From contig JAHJSM010000001.1 of NCBI GenBank assembly GCA_018830295.1, forward strand, positions 129,980 to 193,979: a DNA stretch of 64,000 bases. The letters run 5' to 3'. Both the position numbers and the translations under genes were made by a program. Position 1 is the first letter of the stretch. The number at the start of each line of letters is the position of its first letter. The stretch is from Patescibacteria group bacterium (lineage in GTDB: Bacteria; Patescibacteriota; Minisyncoccia; Portnoybacterales; UBA2143). Positions 48,278 through 58,051 of the stretch are shown piece after piece. The notes beneath the pieces were generated by a model. The model had not been told where the DNA came from. It saw only the letters and a list, made by a program, of their open reading frames with translations, and made no database searches.

Positions 48278-49147
48278 TTAATTAAACTTTACTAATACGG
48301 CGTGATATTTATTGTTTATTTTTAATTTTTTTAAAATTTTATTTCTCTTAAAAATTGTGATTTTATCATTGCTAACCAGACAATGAGTACCCAAGAGAAA
48401 CTCTTTTAATTGATTTTCCTTAAAAGAATCATTGCAACGAGGATATTTCCTATAAAGAATTACATCTTTATAATAGATGCTGGAATTATTTACAACGCCT
48501 TTGAAAAGTAACTGGATTCTTTTATGAAAAAAATCATTTGCGTCGCTGTCTTGCAGAGCATCAAACCAAATTAATAATGGAAAACGCAAATTTTTTTCAA
48601 TTTCAGCGGCATAATTCGGGTTTTCCTTCCTAACAGCTTCTAATATATTTTTATTGTATTTCAACGCATTTTTACAATGGTACGAACAGGGTTGATAGAA
48701 ACTTAAACTAAAGTTTAAACCATATAAAAAATTATTTAAAAGAAAATTCTTTTTCTTTTCAGTTATCCTTTTAAAAAGAATCTCTTTCTTTGTTTTTTCG
48801 TCATAATTTCCAACATCAAAATTTAAATAATTATCTATACAACACTTTGGATAGCCCAACGCTTCGGAAAAATCTCTTAATTGAGATACTGTGGCAAAAT
48901 TACTATATTCTGGATCTTCCTTAGCAAATCTTTGGGCAATTTTTTTGTCTTTGGAAATATAAATATCAAAAAAAATTTCCTTATTAAAAACAGAGTTTTT
49001 TCTCTTAACTTTATTAGAAATTGCAAACAAGCCCTGATTTTGACAAAATTGATTAATCTTCTTGAGCTCGTCTAATGTACTACAACATTCCTTCGTTAAT
49101 TGTTTTAAGCCATATTTAACAGCTATAAAATCTATTTTTTGCAACAT
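48278..49147 (-). CDS. DUF483-like Cys-containing protein
   Basis: ALGYPKCCI and PCSYHC motifs. Confidence 0.5.
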   Translation of the reverse strand: MLQKIDFIAVKYGLKQLTKECCSTLDELKKINQFCQNQGLFAISNKVKRKNSVFNKEIFFDIYISKDKKIAQRFAKEDPEYSNFATVSQLRDFSEALGYPKCCIDNYLNFDVGNYDEKTKKEILFKRITEKKKNFLLNNFLYGLNFSLSFYQPCSYHCKNALKYNKNILEAVRKENPNYAAEIEKNLRFPLLIWFDALQDSDANDFFHKRIQLLFKGVVNNSSIYYKDVILYRKYPRCNDSFKENQLKEFLLGTHCLVSNDKITIFKRNKILKKLKINNKYHAVLVKFN

Positions 49148-49163
49148 TTAATTTGTAATGATA

Positions 49164-50285
49164 TTACCGCGCTATTTTCCAAATAAGATTTAATAAATGT
49201 CTAAAGTTGTCTTTATCTTGGGATAAATTAATCCTTATATATCCGCTTTTATTAAACACTTCACCGGGCATTATTGAAATACTATATTCCTTGGCTAATA
49301 TTTCAGCTAATTTAAAAGTGTTTATGCCTCTTATTCTGGGAAAACAGACGCAACCGCCTTCCAGTTCGTAATTTAAAATTATTTTTCTTTCTTTTACTAA
49401 TCTGCTATTTTTTAACGCGAACCAATTATCTTTAATATTTCTTATGTAATCTTTGGTAATTTTGTTTATATTATTTATGGCCAACCCTGTTATTGTCTCA
49501 CTAATTAATGGAACACAATGTGTTGTATGGTCTTTATAATCCCTTATTTTGCTTAATGTTTTTTTGTCGGCGATCATCCAGCCAACTCTGATTCCCACAA
49601 TTCCGGCGCATTTAATAATAGAACCGGTGGCAAATACTCTGTCATAAAAATTTTTAACTATTCCATAACCAGAGAAAAATATTTTTTTTGAAGTATTGAT
49701 TGGTAAAAATCTATAATGTTCGTCAAAAAGAATATCAACCTTATTTTTCTTTGCCGCCTCGGCAATTTCAATTATTTCTTTTTTGTTAAAAGTAAAGCCC
49801 AATGGATTGTGAGGAATGTTAAGAATTAATAAATTCGGCTTAATTTTATTTATTTTAAAAATCAATTTTTCCAATAATTCCGCTTTCCCCTTATATTGCA
49901 ACGCGTCCAAAAAATGCACTTTTGCCTTTAGCGCTTGAGGGATAAGATAGAGTAAAGGAAAAGCCGGATACAAAAGAAGAACTTTTGATTTACTATTTAA
50001 AAAAATATTAAAAAAGATATACAAAGCTTCCGAGGTTCCGCTGGTTACTATTATATCATTTGGCTTTACGCTTTCGTACGCGCGCGATATTTTCTTTCTT
50101 AAATCTAAGGAACCCCAAGTAGAGTTATTTCCTAAAAAAATATTATTGAGAAATGAATTATTTATTTTAATTTTTTGTAAAAATTTGTCCAAGGTAAAAT
50201 CAGGAACGCCGCTTTCAGAAAAATTATGCTTACAGGGTCCAGTTTTAATAAACCAATCTTCCATTTTAACTTTTTTTAAAATCAT
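49164..50285 (-). CDS. PLP-dependent aminotransferase class I/II fold (capreomycidine synthase-like N-terminus)
   Basis: MEDWF...NFSESG, TSGTSEAL, NIPHNPLG, FDEHYR, GSIIKCAGIVGIRVGW. Confidence 0.8.
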   Translation of the reverse strand: MILKKVKMEDWFIKTGPCKHNFSESGVPDFTLDKFLQKIKINNSFLNNIFLGNNSTWGSLDLRKKISRAYESVKPNDIIVTSGTSEALYIFFNIFLNSKSKVLLLYPAFPLLYLIPQALKAKVHFLDALQYKGKAELLEKLIFKINKIKPNLLILNIPHNPLGFTFNKKEIIEIAEAAKKNKVDILFDEHYRFLPINTSKKIFFSGYGIVKNFYDRVFATGSIIKCAGIVGIRVGWMIADKKTLSKIRDYKDHTTHCVPLISETITGLAINNINKITKDYIRNIKDNWFALKNSRLVKERKIILNYELEGGCVCFPRIRGINTFKLAEILAKEYSISIMPGEVFNKSGYIRINLSQDKDNFRHLLNLIWKIAR

Positions 50286-51202
50286 ATTTCTTGAGTGCGG
50301 TTAAATTTTTGAATTAATTTTAAATTTCTCTTTTCTTTATTGTTGTTGCGAAAAAGAATATTACGATTAGATGATATGCTCTCATCATCCAATCCTACAA
50401 AAATTGGATATTTTTTAAGATCAACTTTATTTTTTATCTCTGATAAAATTTGCGCGATATTTTCTAAAGTTATTAATTTGTATTTTTTTCGATTGTATAA
50501 ATTTTCAAGCAAGGTTCCATGGGTAATAAAAATTGGGAAAAGAGCAATTCTTCCTTTATATTTATGTTTTTCGTAAAAATTGATAACTCTTAAAATTGAA
50601 TTTTTTGTTTCTTTTAAGGAATCTTCTATAGATAGCATTGGAACTCCCGCTAAGATATAAGAGCATATTGAAACGCTTATCTCTGACAGTTTCTTAACAC
50701 ACTCCTCGTAATCTTTCAATGCTAAATTTTTTTTTAAAATCACATTACGAACATAATTTGAATAGGACTCTAATCCGATTCCGTATTCTAACCCTATATC
50801 TCCATTTAATATTCCCTTTATTTGCCGTAATTTATCTAAATCGCAATATTCCGTCCTCCCCTCGATTAAAACACTCTTAATGTTTTTTAACTTTTTAATT
50901 TCTTCCATTAATCTTAATACTTGTTTATAATCAATTTGTTTTTCGTCTAAAATAGAGCCTGAACTTAAAATATCAATACGCCTGATTTTGTTTTGCTCTA
51001 CGATTTTTTTAAGAGATTTAAATTGGGATACTATGTTATAGTTCTTAATATTTTTACAATGGACATCAAAACCACAAATAAAACATCTCTTCCCCTGAAT
51101 AATTTTTCGACAAGGAGGAGTTTTAAAAACTATCATTAATCTATTTTGTGTTTTTCCGTTTATAAATATCTTGTTTGTCGACCAATAAGCCGGTTTTTCC
51201 AT
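50282..51202 (-). CDS. RaSEA/TIGR01210-like radical SAM protein
   Basis: KTPPC-x8-CFICG atypical spacing, SSGS.LD, IEGRTEY, GIGLES...R..ILKK, GTLLE.LY. Confidence 0.7.
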   Translation of the reverse strand: MEKPAYWSTNKIFINGKTQNRLMIVFKTPPCRKIIQGKRCFICGFDVHCKNIKNYNIVSQFKSLKKIVEQNKIRRIDILSSGSILDEKQIDYKQVLRLMEEIKKLKNIKSVLIEGRTEYCDLDKLRQIKGILNGDIGLEYGIGLESYSNYVRNVILKKNLALKDYEECVKKLSEISVSICSYILAGVPMLSIEDSLKETKNSILRVINFYEKHKYKGRIALFPIFITHGTLLENLYNRKKYKLITLENIAQILSEIKNKVDLKKYPIFVGLDDESISSNRNILFRNNNKEKRNLKLIQKFNRTQEI

Positions 51203-51227
51203 AAATTTATAAAATAATCACAAGTAA

Positions 51228-52280
51228 TTATTTCCAATTCAATAATTTAAGCGATTTTATTTCATCATTAACATTTTTCGCGGAATAAAACTTTAGATAC
51301 TCCCTTTGAATGCCATTGCATTTATTTCTATAATAACAATTCTGGCATTCGTCTACATAATAAAACATTTTGTCGTAAGCGCCAATAAGTTCTTTTTTAT
51401 TAATAAGCCAATTTTCAGTCGGACCAGAATAATAAGTTTCATATATATTTGGATCGTACTGCGCTAAAACGCCATTAAAATGACAAATATGAAAATTATA
51501 AATAAAATACTTCTTTTTTTTTAAGTCATTTTGATTAAACGCGCAAATCGGAAAACCTTCAAAATGAATTTTTCCAGGATATTTATTAACTACTTGAATA
51601 ATTTTTTTACTAGCTCCAGTTAGTTTATATTTTAAGCTCTTATAGGGGCTGCCTATAGCGTGACCAAAAGGCATTAAATTAATTATTCTAACACCTTCTT
51701 GATAATCTTTTTTGTTATTTGAAAATTGGAACAAAAAATCCAATATTTTAATTATATTAGAATCTTTTTTTAAAATAATATCTATGCCGCTTATATTTAA
51801 ATAACTATTAACGGCTCTACTAAAGCCGCGGCGCCACTTCTCGAATATATCGCTCCCATGTCCCGACCAATTACTAAATGTTTTTTGATTATAAAAATTC
51901 ACGGAAACAGCTATGTATACTTTATGTAAATGTTTTTTAACCGACTCTAATTTTTCCCATACTGAATCGTTGGCAAAAGCTAGTCCGTTAGTGTTAAAGG
52001 TTATATAATTTACTTTAGCGTTATTAAATGAAAATTTGATTATTTCAGCAATATCCGGATGAAGAATAACCTCTTGGCCCGTAAAGATAATATTATCCAA
52101 ACCAAGGCTAACCGCCTTAGTTATTTTAATCTTTAATACATCCAACGGAACAAAAGATTTTTTTCTTACTTGAGGTAATTTGCAAATCTCGCACTGAAAA
52201 TTACAAACATCCGAGGCATGAATATACGCTGCCTTTATCGCGTGAAAATTATAAAACGGATAATTATTGTATTTAATCAT
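51228..52280 (-). CDS. Radical SAM protein, divergent HxsC-like
   Basis: CNFQCEIC, TGQE, FPIC, CQNCYYRNKCNG. Confidence 0.8.
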   Translation of the reverse strand: MIKYNNYPFYNFHAIKAAYIHASDVCNFQCEICKLPQVRKKSFVPLDVLKIKITKAVSLGLDNIIFTGQEVILHPDIAEIIKFSFNNAKVNYITFNTNGLAFANDSVWEKLESVKKHLHKVYIAVSVNFYNQKTFSNWSGHGSDIFEKWRRGFSRAVNSYLNISGIDIILKKDSNIIKILDFLFQFSNNKKDYQEGVRIINLMPFGHAIGSPYKSLKYKLTGASKKIIQVVNKYPGKIHFEGFPICAFNQNDLKKKKYFIYNFHICHFNGVLAQYDPNIYETYYSGPTENWLINKKELIGAYDKMFYYVDECQNCYYRNKCNGIQREYLKFYSAKNVNDEIKSLKLLNWK

Positions 52281-52291
52281 AGCTTAAGTCG

Positions 52292-53314
52292 TTAAGATAA
52301 TTTCGCGCGTATCGCTTTGATTTCTGCTTCAACTTTTTTCCGCCCAAAAATTTTTACATATTCCTCAAAAATGCCATTACACTCATTAATAAAATAACAG
52401 CCCTTGCAAGCGTTTAAATGATATCTGTATTTTTTCATTTTATCTTTTATTAATTTAATATTTTTTGAAGTTTTTAGCGTGGAATCCATTCCTGAAGAAA
52501 TATTATGCGTCATGAAAAGATCGTAGCAATTTATTTGCTTTTTGTCATTCAAAAAAATTTGGCCGGCAATATCTATTATATGCACATTATTTTTTGTTTT
52601 CTCCAAAATTTCTTTTGGGAAAATACAAAAAGGATAATCTTCAATCTCAACTGATTCAAAATTGTCCAATAAATCAATAAAATTTAATCCAAAATTACTT
52701 AATTCTTTTAGCGGAACAACTAATTTTTTAAAAATATGTTTAGCGCTTCCTATTGGCTGGATATTTAACAAATCAATATTCTTTACTCCTAATTTTATGT
52801 CGCGCGTTATTAATTGACGGAGATAAGGAAAGTTTTTTTTCCAAACAAGATGAGTAACTAAAACTGATTTTGGATTTACGGAAAGACAATTTCTTATTCC
52901 CCGTGTGGTTTTTATAAAACTGCCCTTATTTTTTGTCCAAGATTCATGTAATTTTGCGTTGTGGCCATAAAGCGTAATATTAATACTATCAAAAATAGAA
53001 AAAACTTTTTTCGCAAAAGTATTATTCGCTAATGTTATCCCATTTGAAGTTAAATATATTTTTTTATACATCTCTCTCGCCTTTTCGGATAGTATTAGAA
53101 AATCCGGATGAATTGTTGGCTCCCCGCCAATAATTTCAATTACATGATATCCAGCCCGAGCCCCTGCTTTTATATCTTTAAGTATCTCAGCCGTTGAGCG
53201 CGGTTTATATAAACGCGGCGTTCCGCAACCAAGACAGCGGCAATTACAAGGACCTTCTGTTGTGACGGTAAAAACTTTATTCCACTTTTTTTGCTTAACT
53301 ACATTGTTATTCAT
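52292..53314 (-). CDS. Radical SAM protein, HxsC-like
   Basis: CNCRCLGC, GGEPT, YPFC, CKGCYFINECNG. Confidence 0.83.
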   Translation of the reverse strand: MNNNVVKQKKWNKVFTVTTEGPCNCRCLGCGTPRLYKPRSTAEILKDIKAGARAGYHVIEIIGGEPTIHPDFLILSEKAREMYKKIYLTSNGITLANNTFAKKVFSIFDSINITLYGHNAKLHESWTKNKGSFIKTTRGIRNCLSVNPKSVLVTHLVWKKNFPYLRQLITRDIKLGVKNIDLLNIQPIGSAKHIFKKLVVPLKELSNFGLNFIDLLDNFESVEIEDYPFCIFPKEILEKTKNNVHIIDIAGQIFLNDKKQINCYDLFMTHNISSGMDSTLKTSKNIKLIKDKMKKYRYHLNACKGCYFINECNGIFEEYVKIFGRKKVEAEIKAIRAKLS

Positions 53315-53323
53315 AAGATTGGT

Positions 53324-54367
53324 TTATTTATTAAATATTTCCGAATATTTAATAAATCGTTTCAAAAGTTTTTTATAGATAAACTTATCTCCGTCAAATA
53401 CACTGCCGTACATAAAATTATTGTTAATCTTGGAAGTGGCGCCATCGCCGATACCTAACAGGCTGGCATTATGGACTCTGTTATTGTAAATTTGAACATT
53501 TATCGCGTCAAACCGATCTGCCAACCCGCTAAAAGGGAATGCCCCATAACCAGCTCTTTCAAGTATTTCCAATCCTTGATTTTTCCAAGATATTCTTTCT
53601 TTCACCGTTGGACCCTTATATGTGCCATCATGCCAAACTAAAGTCGCTGGGTTATGTTCAAAATAATACAAATGTATCTGGTTTGGCTTCATATCAACAA
53701 TTTGAACAACATCATTCAAGAAAGAAGTTTGCGATTGATCCTTTAAGCCGCAAATCAACTCTAAATTTACCAAAATTCCAAGCTTCTTGCATTTTTCAAC
53801 CAACTCTTTGATTGACTTTCTTGGAGTAAAAGATCGATTGTTTGATCCTAATACTTTTTTATCCAACGATTGCGCGCCTATAGTTAATCTATTTATGTTG
53901 TATTTTTTTAAAATTTCAAGCTTGTTTTTATTTAATGTTTTTGGACAGCCCTCAAATGAAGAATGGGCGTTTTTAAAATTAAAATATTTATGTAAATTTT
54001 TTAATAATTCATCTAAAGCATTTTCAGAGAGAATTGAAGGAGTGCCGCCTCCGAAATAAAGAGTGTCAAAACCTACCCCATTAAAAATTGAAGCAAATCT
54101 TCTAATTTCTTTAATTAAGCCGTTTGTATATTTATCCGCTTTTTCCCGCGAACTGGGGATTGAAAAACAATCGCAAAAATAACAAGCGCTTTGACAATAA
54201 GGTATATGGATATAGAGACCTATTTTATTATTATTTTTTTTTATAAATTTTATCTCCTCTTCCCATTTATCTAATATTAAATCAGCGGCCAAATCTTTCG
54301 CCTTTTTGCCAAACATAAACTCCTGATAATATTTATATTTTTTGTTGATGCAGCTAATAATTTTCAT
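53324..54367 (-). CDS. HemN-like radical SAM protein
   Basis: LYIHIPYCQSACYFC, YFGGGTPS, RLTIGAQS, LLGIGDGA. Confidence 0.88.
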   Translation of the reverse strand: MKIISCINKKYKYYQEFMFGKKAKDLAADLILDKWEEEIKFIKKNNNKIGLYIHIPYCQSACYFCDCFSIPSSREKADKYTNGLIKEIRRFASIFNGVGFDTLYFGGGTPSILSENALDELLKNLHKYFNFKNAHSSFEGCPKTLNKNKLEILKKYNINRLTIGAQSLDKKVLGSNNRSFTPRKSIKELVEKCKKLGILVNLELICGLKDQSQTSFLNDVVQIVDMKPNQIHLYYFEHNPATLVWHDGTYKGPTVKERISWKNQGLEILERAGYGAFPFSGLADRFDAINVQIYNNRVHNASLLGIGDGATSKINNNFMYGSVFDGDKFIYKKLLKRFIKYSEIFNK

Positions 54368-54418
54368 TTACGCCTAAGGCCTTTTGTAAAATGTTTTTAA
54401 GCAAAATTAAGTATCTTA

Positions 54419-57400
54419 TTATAATGCATTGCTCTTATTGATTAAATTATAAACCTTTTTCTCGTCAAAAAAGAATAAAGAACATGCGTATCTCTCAAGC
54501 GGATCTGTGGGTAAAAACACCAAATCTCCCTTAAATTTTATTTTGTTTAACTTTTTTAAGGAATTAATTGCCTCTTTAAAATTTGTTTTAAAGTCAGCAT
54601 TAAAAAACTTTTTAAAACTTTTTTGCGAAAAACACAGCCGGCAAGATAACTGCTGCAGGATAAAATACCTCATTTCATCCTTAAGATTGTATTCTAGCGC
54701 CCAGTAATTTTTTTCATTTGGATTAAAACCAAAGCTTTTTTCTCTGGAAATAAGATGATGCTGCGAAGAATTAAAAATATACGAACTTGCCCTGGTGCCT
54801 AAGGCGAATAATGAGCAAGGAGAAGAAAAGTTTATTGGAGAAGTATAGTCATAATCATACTTATACGACGCTTTAAAATTTTTATTGTAAAATACAGGTT
54901 CAGCGGATGAAAAAATTTCAAACCCCTTATCTATAATATAATACTCTAATTTATCTTCCATTGATTTTAATTTTTGTCGCGCTTCACCAGCTTTTTTATT
55001 AAGTTTTTTATTAAAAGAACAATAATTATTATTACAATACTTTTCCAAATATTCTTGCGTCGGCTTTAAGGGATATATTGTAATCGTATCGGGACGCATT
55101 TTGGTTAATTCTATAAAACTATCCACCACTATTTCGGCTGTATCATTCTTAAGCCCAACCATTATGTCGGTATTTACCTCAAAACCAAATTCCTTGGCCT
55201 TGGAAATAAGTTCTGGTAAAAATTTATAATCTCCATAATTTCTTTTCGTATAAGTTCGCACTTTATTATTAAAAGTTTGCACGCCCATACTTATTCGATT
55301 AAATCCAAATTGTTTAAGTAATTTCAACTTTTTTATTGAAATGCTTTGGGGATTAGATTCAAAAGTTTTTTCTCCATCTTCTTTAAATTTAAAATATCTG
55401 AATAAAATACTTAACAACCCGCTAAGCTGCTTTTCTGATAATATTGAAGGCGTGCCACCACCAATATATAAGCTACTAAATTCTGCGTCAGTAAATGTAT
55501 TTTTAAAAAATTTAATTTGCTTAATTAAGTTTTTAATATAATCCTCTAATTTTTCTTTATTGGCAATCTCTGAATAATACATACAATAACTGCACTTAGA
55601 CTCGCAAAATGGAATGTGGATATAAAAATTTAAAACATCATTTACTTTTTTGTTTTTAATTAAATGGATATGGCTTTCCCATTTCTTCCTTATTAGATCA
55701 GCGCCAACAAACCTTTTTTCTCCCACCCAATGCATCAAATCAGCAAGAAAAAAAATATTATAGTATGGTTTATAATCTTTTAAAAAGTTTTTGTATAATT
55801 CATAATTTTTTTTAGGAGAGTTTTTTTTCTTGATAACAGGTTTAAATTCTTTCCACCCAAAAATTTCCGGATATTCGCGCCATGGACCTTCGCAAATTGA
55901 ATAAAAATCACATTTTTTACAATTAGAACCCCTGCTTTTGCCACGATTAACTCTGTATTTCTTGTAATCATCAATTTTGAACATATCTTCAACCACCATT
56001 GCATCAGGTATGATTTGCTCAGCAATATATTTTTCATAATCCTTCATAAAACAATAAGGTATTGCTTCTGTCATTACTCTTTTGCCGGCTTTTATGCCAA
56101 TATCTAATCCCTTTTTTACATATGGCATAATCTCCGACTTTTTTGGCACAATTAATTTTCTATTTTTCCAAGCGGCGCCTGCTATATGAACAAATGCAAA
56201 TTGAAACTGATCTACATTTAAATCAACCAATAGTTTTGCTATTTTAGGCAGATAGCGATAATTAAATTTTGTAATCACCGTGTTCGTTATGACTCTCTGG
56301 TTTAAACTTTTTAAATTTTTAATACCTTGAATGGTTTGGTCAAAACTGCCTTTTACATTAGTCAAATAATCATGTAACTTTCCTGTATGTCCGTGAACGG
56401 CTGGCGAAAACTCATTTGCCCCAGCTTCTATTGTTTTGCGACAAAATTCTTTATACGCGAACATGCGGCCATTGGTTTGGACCTGAATAATTTGATACCC
56501 CAATTTTTTCGCACGCCTTATTAAATCCAAAAAATTAGGATGTATCGTGGGCTCGCCGCCAGTAAAAACGACTGATTGGCAACTTTCCTTTGCTTGAATT
56601 AATTCTTTTATAATCTCCGATTTTTTTCTAAACAAACATTTTTTTCTTTTGTCGCCTTGTACACAAAAACAACAATGATTATTACATTGGTATCCTATTT
56701 TTATATCTATTCTCTTATTCTCCTTCAGCTTTAATCCTTCTTTCTCTGCTATATTGGATTTATTTTTCATTGAATCAACAAAATTATTAAGAGTATTATC
56801 AATTGCTTTATTTGATTGTAAGATTTTATGGTCAAATAATTCCTTTGTATTTAATTCAATTTTATTAATTTCTTTATGAAAATCCAAATTTTTCAAACAT
56901 TCTAAGATATTATTATCCTTAATATTGCTAATTTTAAATTTTTTCTTAACGGACTGAAATTCTTTTAACATAATAGCGTTGGTAAAAAAAACATCACCAT
57001 TGCAATCAACAACCATCCCAGTATTAAAGAAGAATAAATCGTTATCTATGTCAACATTTTTGACATAGATTTCTCTATGCTTTTTTAAAAATTCTGATAC
57101 GAAATTTAGCTGTCTTTCTAAAATTTTTATTTTTTGAAAGGACCATGGTCTATAAGCTGCCGGTAAAAAATTAAACCCCTTAACGCCTAAATTATGTACA
57201 TAAACAAAATTTTGGAAAAACTTATCCACGGTATTCGGAGCTATCACCATGTTTACAATCACGCGAGATTGATTATTCTTGATTAAATTGATTGTTTTCT
57301 GATAAGTTTGAGGAGAAATACCTTTTCTATTTAGCATTTGAGAAGTTTTATCTCCATCAATACTAATCGAAAGATTCACTTTATTTTCTTTAAGCCAGCT

Positions 57401-57688
57401 AAAAATATTATCATCCAATAAAACGCCGTTAGTGCATAATTCAATATCTATCTTATGACTTTTTTTTCTAACATAAGCAATGATATTTTTTAACAAATCA
57501 ATTTTTAAGAGGGGCTCACCGCCAAAAATTTTTATTTTGCCTTTGTTATCGCCCAATAAACACAAATATAAATCAATTGCCTTAAAAGCAATTGATTTGT
57601 TGATAAATATATTTTTTTTTAGCACCGCGCAATACTTGCAATCTAGATTACATTGGTTGGTGACAATAATTATTAATGGATACTTCAT
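54419..57688 (-). CDS. Triple radical SAM fusion protein (1089 aa)
   Basis: CNLDCKYC/FGGEPL; CNNHCCFC/TGGEPT/IPYC/CKKCDFYSICEG; HIPFCESKCSYC/YIGGGTPS/RISMGVQ. Confidence 0.9.
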   Translation of the reverse strand: MKYPLIIIVTNQCNLDCKYCAVLKKNIFINKSIAFKAIDLYLCLLGDNKGKIKIFGGEPLLKIDLLKNIIAYVRKKSHKIDIELCTNGVLLDDNIFSWLKENKVNLSISIDGDKTSQMLNRKGISPQTYQKTINLIKNNQSRVIVNMVIAPNTVDKFFQNFVYVHNLGVKGFNFLPAAYRPWSFQKIKILERQLNFVSEFLKKHREIYVKNVDIDNDLFFFNTGMVVDCNGDVFFTNAIMLKEFQSVKKKFKISNIKDNNILECLKNLDFHKEINKIELNTKELFDHKILQSNKAIDNTLNNFVDSMKNKSNIAEKEGLKLKENKRIDIKIGYQCNNHCCFCVQGDKRKKCLFRKKSEIIKELIQAKESCQSVVFTGGEPTIHPNFLDLIRRAKKLGYQIIQVQTNGRMFAYKEFCRKTIEAGANEFSPAVHGHTGKLHDYLTNVKGSFDQTIQGIKNLKSLNQRVITNTVITKFNYRYLPKIAKLLVDLNVDQFQFAFVHIAGAAWKNRKLIVPKKSEIMPYVKKGLDIGIKAGKRVMTEAIPYCFMKDYEKYIAEQIIPDAMVVEDMFKIDDYKKYRVNRGKSRGSNCKKCDFYSICEGPWREYPEIFGWKEFKPVIKKKNSPKKNYELYKNFLKDYKPYYNIFFLADLMHWVGEKRFVGADLIRKKWESHIHLIKNKKVNDVLNFYIHIPFCESKCSYCMYYSEIANKEKLEDYIKNLIKQIKFFKNTFTDAEFSSLYIGGGTPSILSEKQLSGLLSILFRYFKFKEDGEKTFESNPQSISIKKLKLLKQFGFNRISMGVQTFNNKVRTYTKRNYGDYKFLPELISKAKEFGFEVNTDIMVGLKNDTAEIVVDSFIELTKMRPDTITIYPLKPTQEYLEKYCNNNYCSFNKKLNKKAGEARQKLKSMEDKLEYYIIDKGFEIFSSAEPVFYNKNFKASYKYDYDYTSPINFSSPCSLFALGTRASSYIFNSSQHHLISREKSFGFNPNEKNYWALEYNLKDEMRYFILQQLSCRLCFSQKSFKKFFNADFKTNFKEAINSLKKLNKIKFKGDLVFLPTDPLERYACSLFFFDEKKVYNLINKSNAL

Positions 57689-57732
57689 AACGCTTCATAT
57701 TCCAATTCTGTTAATTATTTGTCTATATTTTT

Positions 57733-58029
57733 TTACCACGAACCGTGAGAACCGTGGGAACCGTGGGAACCGTGGGAACCGTGGGAACCGTGGGAAGAAT
57801 GCGAACCGTGCGAAGCGTGGGAACAATGAGTTGGACAGGGAGTACAACAGTTACATGTCCCAGCCATAGTAGGATCAGGCTTCATTAAGCCGCCGCTAGC
57901 TAGTCCAATAGTTATCAAAGCCAACCCAATTTTTCGAATGCTTTTTTTACTAATTTTCCCCTCTTCTTCGTTTAAAAAATTTCTAAGATTTTTTTTAATT
58001 TTGGGAACTTGATGGTTTTTATTTTTCAT
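57733..58029 (-). CDS. hxsA: His-Xaa-Ser repeat precursor peptide
   Basis: Basic leader, hydrophobic stretch, CNCCTPCPT then HCS-HAS-HGS-HSS-(HGS)6-W; two genes from hxsB. Confidence 0.88.
   Translation of the reverse strand: MKNKNHQVPKIKKNLRNFLNEEEGKISKKSIRKIGLALITIGLASGGLMKPDPTMAGTCNCCTPCPTHCSHASHGSHSSHGSHGSHGSHGSHGSHGSW
57739..57828. repeat. Ten 9 bp coding units (HxS triplets)
   Basis: (G/C/A)GAACCGTG and variants on plus strand. Confidence 0.9.
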
Positions 58030-58051
58030 AGATTATCTAAATAATTAATGA

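Noticed and set aside
51641-51657. TATAGGGGCTGCCTATA as REP A
   Set aside because: Only a partial arm, within ordinary coding sequence
53324-54367. Heme biosynthesis HemN
   Set aside because: No hem genes nearby, lacks the usual C-terminal domain, sits in the Hxs cluster
57739-57828. 9 bp repeat as non-coding VNTR, or the plus-strand NRGNRG ORF (57480-57869)
   Set aside because: Variation falls at Ser third positions and the Xaa codon of the minus-strand HxS frame; the plus ORF is its shadow
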